From a virus (taxonomy: Duplodnaviria; Caudoviricetes), in IMG/VR virus record IMGVR_UViG_3300022555_000045, positions 1 to 64,000 of that record: 64,000 nucleotides of DNA, one strand, 5' to 3'. Below are positions 47,664 through 55,235 of the stretch, one piece after another. Position 1 is the stretch's first letter, and each line of letters opens with the position of its first letter. A program made the position numbers and the translations under genes. The notes below the pieces were generated by a model. It ran no database searches. It had not been told where the DNA came from and worked only from the letters and a program-made list of their open reading frames with translations.

Positions 47664-47743
47664 AGGGCGGTTTGAGGCTAAAACGAAGAAAACTGACTAC
47701 CTATACTGAACCAACGAGGTCTGAAAAGAAAAAATTAACCTAT

Positions 47744-47790
47744 AAATAAGGGTTGTTTACTACTTAAATCTTATAAAACAACCCTTATTT
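47744..47790 (+). terminator. 15-bp hairpin after sheath
   Basis: AAATAAGGGTTGTTT / AAACAACCCTTATTT. Confidence 0.6.
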
Positions 47791-47799
47791 CTCTACTAA

Positions 47800-47835
47800 A
47801 AATCGTATAAAAATTTGCAAATTTTTATACGATTT
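47800..47835. repeat. 36-bp perfect loop-less palindrome
   Basis: AAATCGTATAAAAATTTG|CAAATTTTTATACGATTT. Confidence 0.95.
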
Positions 47836-47838
47836 CTC

Positions 47839-47867
47839 TTGACAACAAATCTTAGTTGTGATAGACT
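47839..47867 (+). promoter_or_regulatory. sigma70-type promoter
   Basis: TTGACA-N17-TAGACT upstream of 47905. Confidence 0.75.
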
Positions 47868-47904
47868 ACAAAAATAATAACATTTCACTAAGAAAGTCAA
47901 GACC

Positions 47905-48093
47905 ATGGGTTCCTATAAAATACCTCCTCGTACCAGTATTGGTATTGAGCTTCCTGATGACTTTCAACGTCTTTTTAAATTAAAAGACTTAAAGGGTACT
48001 ACTGCGTTAACTCAAGACGGGTTACCTATAGCCATCTCATCCAAGCTCATTAAGGAAGCTATTACCGATCATCATAGGTTTGATGATCGGTAA
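47905..48093 (+). CDS. probable N-terminal fragment of the 48279..49916 protein (frameshift)
   Basis: The -1 frame stays open from 48087 into 48279 with protein-like sequence. Confidence 0.5.
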   Translation: MGSYKIPPRTSIGIELPDDFQRLFKLKDLKGTTALTQDGLPIAISSKLIKEAITDHHRFDDR

Positions 48094-48278
48094 TAGCTCA
48101 AACTTACATCAAACTTGCTAAAGAAGGTTGGCCTCTATCTAAAATTCAAAGGTTATCTGGGTGCAACAACGAGCGTACCAAGAAATACGTTGAGGATATT
48201 CTCAGGGCTGAAGGTTTAGTAATTGAGGACAAGGTCGAGCGTGATTACTACTACGTAGAAGATGATCTAGTAGACTCT

Positions 48279-49916
48279 ATGTCTGTAGAAGAGAAAATAG
48301 ACATACTCTACTACGAGTTTGGATTCGGTGTTAAAGAAATAGCACCCTATACAGGTTTTAGCGTTCAGAAGATTTACCCCAGGATGCCGGAGGCGTATAG
48401 CAAATCTTTAGCTTCAGGGTTTAAGTGGGATACTGACTGGACCTACGAGTTAGAATGTCAAGCTGTAGAACTTTCGGAAAAATACTCGTACAAGTACGCG
48501 GCCAAAAAGATTGGCTGCTCTGTGTTTGAAGTAGTAAGTTTATTAGTTCGTTTAGGTAAGACTAAACATCGTACACATGAGTATGAGCGTCGGAAGTTGC
48601 CTTACACGTGTCACCAAAAGAAAATTGTCATCGACCTTTTTAATGATGGTGTACATGAATACTACAAACTAGGAGAAAAGTCTGGAATTACTAGACACTC
48701 TACTTTAGTAGAAGTTTTGAAGGGGGTGGGTGTATATAAGACTCGCGAGGAAAAGTTTCAAGACTATAACGATCCTTTACGTCACATGGAAGTTGTACGC
48801 TTGCATAATTCAGGAATTACTTACAGGGAAATTTCTGAAATTATTGGAGTGTATAGCCCAGTTAAATGTCATCGTATAGTTGAAGAGTCGGGAGAGAAAC
48901 TAGACACTTCTACGTTTAGGAGTTCAGTCCGTAAACGGTTACTAAAAGGTGATCTCACAGTAGAACACCGCGACGCTTACTATGAAATGGTTAAGGCTAT
49001 AACGAACTCGGTGTATCGTCGTTATAAAGACATTATTGATCCTTGTGGTCTGCGTAGTAAAGAGTACCATATAGATCATACACTGTCTATTTTCGATGGA
49101 ATCACTAGGTACGGTGCGCCTATAGGATTCAAAAAAGTTTGTCACCCCGCTAATTTACGCCCGTTCTACTATAAGGACAACTTGTACAAGAGTGTCGAGT
49201 CCAACTACACCTACGATCAGCTTAACGAAGCTATTAAAGCTTGGGAATCTAAGCACTGCGTTGTGGACTGGAACAACATTATTCGTCCAGGTACTTTGGC
49301 TAGGAAAGCTTTGGACGATTACCATGAACTAGCAGCTTCTAGAGGTTTGGACACCTTTCGTCAAGCCTTGTTAAAGGTGGAAGGGACTCATGAGGAAGAG
49401 TTTATAACGGAAGTGGCAAACTCTGATAAAACTACCAGAGAGAAAGTTAAACTTTTATATCTGGAGTTTGGTCTATCTGCTAGAGAGTTGTGCTCTTATC
49501 TTAATATAAGTGCCTACTTATTAGTTAGGTACATTAAGGAGATATATCCTTTGTACGTTAATGTAAGCAGGACTAGGACTTGGGAATTTAAGTGGACTTA
49601 TCTAAAAGAGTCTGTAGCTTGTCTCCTAGTTAAGACTAAATCGTACCGATGGATAGCAAAGCTTCTAGGATGCTCTGTGTTTGAGTTGGTATACTTGCTA
49701 CTTATGTTGAAAGCTACTAAACATGTGGCAGGTGTATACGAAAAACGTATAAGAATGTTTACTCAACATGACAAAGCTAAAGTTCTCAAACTCTATAACA
49801 GTGGAGTCACCGAATACTATGCTCTAGCTAGAGCTACACGCACTAATTACACATTTGTAGCTTCTGTGCTTAAACAAGCTGGTTTGTTTGAACCTCGTCG
49901 GCCACCACGCCTGTAA
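48279..49916 (+). CDS. HNH endonuclease-like protein flanked by a duplicated ~150-aa HTH module
   Basis: YHIDHTLS...CHPANL...DNLYKS in the centre; EEKIDILYYEFG...GCSVFEV vs REKVKLLYLEFG...GCSVFEL. Confidence 0.75.
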   Translation: MSVEEKIDILYYEFGFGVKEIAPYTGFSVQKIYPRMPEAYSKSLASGFKWDTDWTYELECQAVELSEKYSYKYAAKKIGCSVFEVVSLLVRLGKTKHRTHEYERRKLPYTCHQKKIVIDLFNDGVHEYYKLGEKSGITRHSTLVEVLKGVGVYKTREEKFQDYNDPLRHMEVVRLHNSGITYREISEIIGVYSPVKCHRIVEESGEKLDTSTFRSSVRKRLLKGDLTVEHRDAYYEMVKAITNSVYRRYKDIIDPCGLRSKEYHIDHTLSIFDGITRYGAPIGFKKVCHPANLRPFYYKDNLYKSVESNYTYDQLNEAIKAWESKHCVVDWNNIIRPGTLARKALDDYHELAASRGLDTFRQALLKVEGTHEEEFITEVANSDKTTREKVKLLYLEFGLSARELCSYLNISAYLLVRYIKEIYPLYVNVSRTRTWEFKWTYLKESVACLLVKTKSYRWIAKLLGCSVFELVYLLLMLKATKHVAGVYEKRIRMFTQHDKAKVLKLYNSGVTEYYALARATRTNYTFVASVLKQAGLFEPRRPPRL

Positions 49917-49941
49917 TAACAAAAAACTAATGGAGACCTCT

Positions 49942-50202
49942 ATGTCTACGCCTACGCTTAAACCTTCTGTTAAACACGGCAGTGCCTTACCTACAGACTT
50001 GCAGTTTAATGGTAAAACTTACCGTAACCGTTTTGAACGGCTGCCTAGAGTTTTTGAACTATCTCACATTCTCTACACTGTAGAGAAGTGGCCTTTAGAC
50101 AAGATATACAAATTTTTCTCGTCTACTGATGAGTTGCGCCAAGCTCTTATCAAAGAGAGTCTAGTAAAAGTGGAGCTATTAAGTCAAAAGACGCTAAGAT
50201 AA
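49942..50202 (+). CDS. small hypothetical HTH-like protein
   Basis: Start at ATG 49942 behind GGAG; WPLDKI motif also occurs in the 48087-48278 frame (WPLSKI). Confidence 0.55.
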   Translation: MSTPTLKPSVKHGSALPTDLQFNGKTYRNRFERLPRVFELSHILYTVEKWPLDKIYKFFSSTDELRQALIKESLVKVELLSQKTLR

Positions 50203-50433
50203 CTTTTTAAAAAGAACGTCTGACTTAATAGCACCAACTCTACAACACCTAGAGTAAACAACTCAGCCTTGTTACCCTAGGTGTTGTGTTAGAATAAAAA
50301 ATACTAATTTAATAAAATACCAAACGGGCTAAAAATAAACGGTTTTAACAAGCCCTGTCGGATATAATACTTTAATATGGAATATACTAATAGCATCTTT
50401 CAACGAATATCATATTCTTGAGGAGTACGGATT

Positions 50434-50955
50434 ATGAGAGTCAGCCTAACTGACGTGCTTTCGGTGCCAGACATTCTCAGTTTAGATTCATTCTACATGG
50501 TCATTTCTAGCTGCCCCGGAACAGGCAGTTTGCAGAATTTGGCCCTAAAATGTTTGAACGTCTCTTTGGCCGGTTTCAGCACGGAAAAGTATACCGTAGC
50601 CGTCCATTCGCATCAGGTGAATTTTCGCGGCAGAGGTATTCAGCCACAAACTTTAAGTGTCACGTATTATGAAGATCAGACTATGGATACGTGGCGCATA
50701 TTCAAAACCTGGAAGGAGTATATTGTTGGTACTGTTTCTGGTAATTCGCAAAGCTTTAAGGCTGGTTATTCTACAATCGGTACACTGCAAATGTTTAACC
50801 ACCCAGGCGATGTTATTCACACTATGACTTTCTACAATATCTTCCCTACTGACGTGGGTGATGTATCCTTAGACGGTGGCTCTTCTAACGCTGGTCAGAT
50901 TCCCGTAACATTCAGTTATGACTACACCTATTCTGATATTGCGCCTAACACCTAA
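50434..50955 (+). CDS. tail tube protein (T4 gp19-like)
   Basis: 173 aa; LSVTYYEDQ...F..W, FYNIFPTDVG.V.LD...VTFSYDY. Confidence 0.85.
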   Translation: MRVSLTDVLSVPDILSLDSFYMVISSCPGTGSLQNLALKCLNVSLAGFSTEKYTVAVHSHQVNFRGRGIQPQTLSVTYYEDQTMDTWRIFKTWKEYIVGTVSGNSQSFKAGYSTIGTLQMFNHPGDVIHTMTFYNIFPTDVGDVSLDGGSSNAGQIPVTFSYDYTYSDIAPNT

Positions 50956-50999
50956 CCCACTAGAAGTCTTTAATACGCGTAATACACTAACGCTAGTAA

Positions 51000-51046
51000 A
51001 GACCAAGTGGTTATGTAATACTAATTAACCCATAACCACTTGGTCT
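51000..51046 (+). terminator. 16-bp hairpin after the tube gene
   Basis: AGACCAAGTGGTTATG / CATAACCACTTGGTCT. Confidence 0.65.
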
Positions 51047-51136
51047 ACTCTACGCCGTCTAAAGCCTAAAGCCTGTATACTCATCTAACTATACAAATAA
51101 CCCAAGTTAATCTTTAAAAACAGTCAGGCTAGTAAA

Positions 51137-52300
51137 ATGTCTAATATAACATTAAACACTGTTCTAGCTATGGCTGATCCAGCCCCAAGTTGGGATTGGG
51201 TTGTATATTTTCCCTCTATTATGGGTGTGTCGCTACCAATAACTTATGTGGAAGAGATAGAATTTACTTTAATGGATATTCCCGCTAACGGTAAGCCGAT
51301 GGCAGGTACTCAAATATATTTTCCAGGAGCTAATAGCGTAGGCGGTGTGTCTGTAACCTTTTATGAAGATGTAAATTATCTAACAACTAACTACTTAGCT
51401 TCTTGGCGCGCTTTAATAGTTGATCCTGCTACTGGTTATTATGGTCTTCCTAGAGGTGGCGTAGGTGGTGGCTACAAGAAAGAAGTGTCCTTTCAAGCGT
51501 TCAACGGTTTAGGTGGCGTTGCTTTTAAGGGCGTATTCACTGGTATGTGGCCTACTCAACCTTCAGGATTAAGTTTTCAATCTCAATCTTCTGACCGTGT
51601 TAGGATAACCTGTAACTTCTCTGTGGACGATACAGATATTCAAACAGGCGGTGCAGATTCTTTTTCATTAGGTGCTTTAAACACTAATAGTATAGGTTCT
51701 AGTCTTGGATCGTTAGGTTCCGGCTTAGGTTCCCTAATGCCAGATATTACTAATACTGTTAATTCAGGTTTTGACTCAATTGCTTCTGCTGCAAATACGT
51801 TATCAGGACTAGCAGGTACGGTAACTAATGTAGTACAAACAGTTCAGCAATTTGCATCTAATCCTATTGCAGCAGCTACTGGGTTAGCATTAAGCAGTCT
51901 AAGTGGTTCTGTCAGTGGAGCTACAACTATATTAGGAGCAGCAGCACAAACGGTAAATACAGCTAGAACGTTAATTAGTGCAGTTTCTCCAAGATCCTCT
52001 AACTTCCAGACTGGTGGGCTATTACAAGGAGTAGCTTCTGGTATAAATACTGTTACATCAGCTACTAATAGTTTAGCCATGTTAGCTAATGGTCAGGCGG
52101 CGGTGTTACGAGGTATGAACAATCTTATTAACAATAATGCTAATAATCAGATTACCTGGAATAACGCTATGACTAATACTACAAATTCAGCTACTAGTAT
52201 GCAATACAATCTAAATACCTCCGCAAACACTGTACTTTCAGCTAACAATCTGTTATTAGACCATATGCAGTCAGCACGCACTAATATTTTTGGTGACTAG
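51137..52300 (+). CDS. tube-like (gp48/gp54-type) baseplate-tube protein with long S/T/N/A/G-rich tail
   Basis: VSVTFYED...W...GMWP...VRITCNFSVD parallels 50434..50955. Confidence 0.7.
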   Translation: MSNITLNTVLAMADPAPSWDWVVYFPSIMGVSLPITYVEEIEFTLMDIPANGKPMAGTQIYFPGANSVGGVSVTFYEDVNYLTTNYLASWRALIVDPATGYYGLPRGGVGGGYKKEVSFQAFNGLGGVAFKGVFTGMWPTQPSGLSFQSQSSDRVRITCNFSVDDTDIQTGGADSFSLGALNTNSIGSSLGSLGSGLGSLMPDITNTVNSGFDSIASAANTLSGLAGTVTNVVQTVQQFASNPIAAATGLALSSLSGSVSGATTILGAAAQTVNTARTLISAVSPRSSNFQTGGLLQGVASGINTVTSATNSLAMLANGQAAVLRGMNNLINNNANNQITWNNAMTNTTNSATSMQYNLNTSANTVLSANNLLLDHMQSARTNIFGD

Positions 52301-52311
52301 AATCTAATTTT
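52301..52311 (+). promoter_or_regulatory. AATCTAATTTT motif upstream of 52355
   Basis: Begins immediately after the upstream stop codon. Confidence 0.45.
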
Positions 52312-52354
52312 AGTTAAGAGAGTTTTTAAATTAAAAGAAACTGGAGTCTTAAAA

Positions 52355-53902
52355 ATGGCTATACCTTCTAGAGCAGCAGAAATTCTTAAAAACGCCAAGT
52401 TTGAAGACGTTAACGGTAAGGTGTACACACAAGAAGAAATAATGCAACGTGGCAATAAACCACCTCCCGGTATGAGAACACACAATCCCCACAATACTCA
52501 AAATACTCAATCGGTTCCTGCACCTGTTCCCCCTCGGTCTACTAACGGTCTAACACAAAATCCACCGTCTGTACAGCCTAACCGTACTGGTAAAATTGAC
52601 CCTAAAAACCTTCCTGTTCACGAAATGGGTGGGAAAACTGCTAAAGAAATTTATGATGAGCAGGCTTCTAAAAAGGCCAAAGACCAAACAATAACCAAGC
52701 AATTTGAAGCGTTAGCTGGTGGCCCTCCTCCAGGACCCGTTAGCAATTACGCTGAAGTACGGGCCGCTCAAGAGAAAATGCGTAAGCAGGCTCTGCAAAT
52801 GAGTGGTACCGGTGACGAATTTGACGATATTTCTAGCCTTACTGACAGCCTTACCCAGAATTTAAATTCCTCTGCGGATACGTCAGATCAGGCTGAATAT
52901 CAGGATATTGTACCTTTACGTCAAGTACAGCAGCCTCCTGTGCAACCGCAGAAAGCTAAGCCTAAATTAGATTCTCAGGAAGATATTCTAAAAGAGCAAC
53001 GTAAAAATCAACCGCTTAACGTGTCTCCCATTTTGTTAAAAGCACGTAGTACAATAGACCCTAAAATGCAGCGCATTTCATTACCTAGTAAGTGCAATTT
53101 TTATAATTTCGATGAAGTGTTTGTCCGTCCGTTTGGTATACCTGATATGTTTAAGGTGGCTCAGGTTCAAAATAGTAAGAACTTGACCTTGTTGATCGAC
53201 CTTATTGATAACACATTATCTGTAGACGCTCGTGACCTATCTCGGCAAGACTTTTACTACATGCTGTATACCCAACGGTATTTGAGCTATCCTCGTACAC
53301 CGTTCAATATTACTTGGACATCTAAGTACGGTAATAGGGGAAATACTGAAGTTCGTCGGTCAGAGCTAGACATTATCGAAGCTACTCTCTCTAAAGAAGA
53401 CTTCAATACACAGTTTCGTAGTAAGGGGTTTACAATTCCTACAGTTAGGGATTGGGAGCTTCTTGAGACTGAGAACTTAGACGAGGAAGTACGTTGGACT
53501 TACGAACGTGCTCAATATGTTATTGGAGATACTCTAGAAGAGAAAATAGAGAATCTCTACAAAATGGACGTTGGTGATCTAGCCCTAATACCTGAGCTAA
53601 TAGATAAATGTGATCACGGTGTTAGTGAAATGGTCAAGGTTACTGACCCAAGTTTCAACGCGGTCTTCTGGTTAGAGAACCTTAAACACCAATATATTAC
53701 TACAGCTAAGGCTTTTGAATCGGCCACAACCAGTAGTGATATTGACTCTGACCTAATTGAAACCTTGACCGAGAGTCTTACTTCTTTGGATAAAGAAATC
53801 CAGCAGATTGAACGTGACCTTAGCCTCGGTAATCCGGTAGCCGCTGACCCGGAGACTGTGAGGCTGAAGATCAACATCTTCTCATTCTTTCCAACAATAT
53901 GA
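52355..53902 (+). CDS. probable tail assembly chaperone / baseplate hub assembly protein with P/Q-rich N-terminus
   Basis: ISLPSKC.FY...VRPF motif; ends FSFFP; upstream of the tape-measure gene. Confidence 0.6.
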   Translation: MAIPSRAAEILKNAKFEDVNGKVYTQEEIMQRGNKPPPGMRTHNPHNTQNTQSVPAPVPPRSTNGLTQNPPSVQPNRTGKIDPKNLPVHEMGGKTAKEIYDEQASKKAKDQTITKQFEALAGGPPPGPVSNYAEVRAAQEKMRKQALQMSGTGDEFDDISSLTDSLTQNLNSSADTSDQAEYQDIVPLRQVQQPPVQPQKAKPKLDSQEDILKEQRKNQPLNVSPILLKARSTIDPKMQRISLPSKCNFYNFDEVFVRPFGIPDMFKVAQVQNSKNLTLLIDLIDNTLSVDARDLSRQDFYYMLYTQRYLSYPRTPFNITWTSKYGNRGNTEVRRSELDIIEATLSKEDFNTQFRSKGFTIPTVRDWELLETENLDEEVRWTYERAQYVIGDTLEEKIENLYKMDVGDLALIPELIDKCDHGVSEMVKVTDPSFNAVFWLENLKHQYITTAKAFESATTSSDIDSDLIETLTESLTSLDKEIQQIERDLSLGNPVAADPETVRLKINIFSFFPTI

Positions 53903-53924
53903 AGCTCAAGTAATCTATGACCGC

Positions 53925-54116
53925 ATGTACAGTTTAAGTATGCACCTTAGCAACTTGAACTACGACACCATGACGTGTATGGATTTTATCTACTTGAGCA
54001 ATATGCTGTACAAAGACATCCGAGACCGTCGTGCTTCAGACCAACTTGGTCAACAGCAAGCTAAAGGTGTTAACCAAGTCAAACAAAGTTTGATGAAACG
54101 GTTCAATCGTCGTTAA
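53925..54116 (+). CDS. small tail chaperone segment (possible frameshift extension of 52355..53902)
   Basis: Frame is open from 53868 (QQYEAQVIYDRMYSL...). Confidence 0.55.
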   Translation: MYSLSMHLSNLNYDTMTCMDFIYLSNMLYKDIRDRRASDQLGQQQAKGVNQVKQSLMKRFNRR

Positions 54117-54245
54117 CCTTTGTTAGCAGTAAGACTGAGTTCTTATATAAGCCTTTTGGAACTACCTTAGGAAACCTCTAGCTCTTCAAACTTTGGGTTC
54201 TCAGTCCCCTTAGTTGATTGCTATGTTTGCCTATCTAACTATTAA

Positions 54246-54279
54246 AGTGCCGGGCTTTTCGTAATGGAAGCCCGGCACT
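54246..54279 (+). terminator. intrinsic terminator
   Basis: AGTGCCGGGCTT / AAGCCCGGCACT followed by ATTTTTTATTTTT. Confidence 0.8.
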
Positions 54280-54312
54280 ATTTTTTATTTTTAGGCTTTC
54301 AGTTTGTAATCT

Positions 54313-54332
54313 GAATCTTAATTTTGTTTGTA
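54313..54332 (+). promoter_or_regulatory. GAATCTTAATTTTGTTTGTA motif upstream of 54390
   Basis: Identical to 18268-18287. Confidence 0.65.
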
Positions 54333-54389
54333 GCGTAAGTTCTGTTGTAAAAATTCTTTTCTAATAGCTAAGAAGAAAAGGTTAAGGCA

Positions 54390-55202
54390 ATGTCTATCCT
54401 TTATCCCAGTTGTTACCGGCTATATGATTTCAAAGCTGCAACAATAAAGCCGTTCAAAATTGTTCATCTGACTCAGATTGTTGCAGTGCTGAGCAACAAT
54501 GACTTGAAATTGATGTTCAATTTGTTTGACGACGTTCATTCGGTTAAAACAGGCAATTTGACACTAGCTGACTTTGAGTTTTTGCTTTATTACCAGTGGT
54601 TCAATACGTTCAAGAAGCCTTTAGAGATTACCTGGACCTCTAAGTACGGTAACGATAACATTGCCAAAGTTGAAATGAGCGACTTCAAAATCAAACGTTT
54701 GGAGACTCTGGACCTTACTGATTATACAAACTTTGTTGTCCCTCGTGCCGAAGAAATGTTACTACTGAACGGTGAATTGAAGCCAGAAGTCAAGTGGGTC
54801 TACGACCGAATTCAATATTTGCCTGGCAACAGTATTGCCGATAAAGTAGCAACCTTTGCTGACGGCGACCCTAGCGTGCTGGACACAATCCGTAAGTTTA
54901 TCAAAGCTACCAACCACGGCTTGGATAAAACTATCTCCCGCACCGATGAGAAATTTGACAGTGCGAAATACCTGTTCAGTCTGTACGAAGACCGTAACCG
55001 TTTAAAGTTTCATTTACAACACACCAATGATTTAGTGGTGTACGGTAACGTCGCTGACGGCTTGTACACATTGGACCAAGAGATTTCTAACCTGGAAATC
55101 TTGACTGGCCGCAAACAAGTTGAATTCAACAAACCTGTCAAAACTTACCCCGAAGCCGAGATGTTAACCATTGACCTTGACTTGACTGACTACGTTGAGT
55201 AA
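54390..55202 (+). CDS. paralog of the conserved C-terminal domain of 52355..53902
   Basis: ITWTSKYGN is shared verbatim; KWVYDRIQY vs RWTYERAQY. Confidence 0.8.
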   Translation: MSILYPSCYRLYDFKAATIKPFKIVHLTQIVAVLSNNDLKLMFNLFDDVHSVKTGNLTLADFEFLLYYQWFNTFKKPLEITWTSKYGNDNIAKVEMSDFKIKRLETLDLTDYTNFVVPRAEEMLLLNGELKPEVKWVYDRIQYLPGNSIADKVATFADGDPSVLDTIRKFIKATNHGLDKTISRTDEKFDSAKYLFSLYEDRNRLKFHLQHTNDLVVYGNVADGLYTLDQEISNLEILTGRKQVEFNKPVKTYPEAEMLTIDLDLTDYVE

Positions 55203-55235
55203 TACCCAAGCCTAGTAGAAAAACGGTGACCTCTA

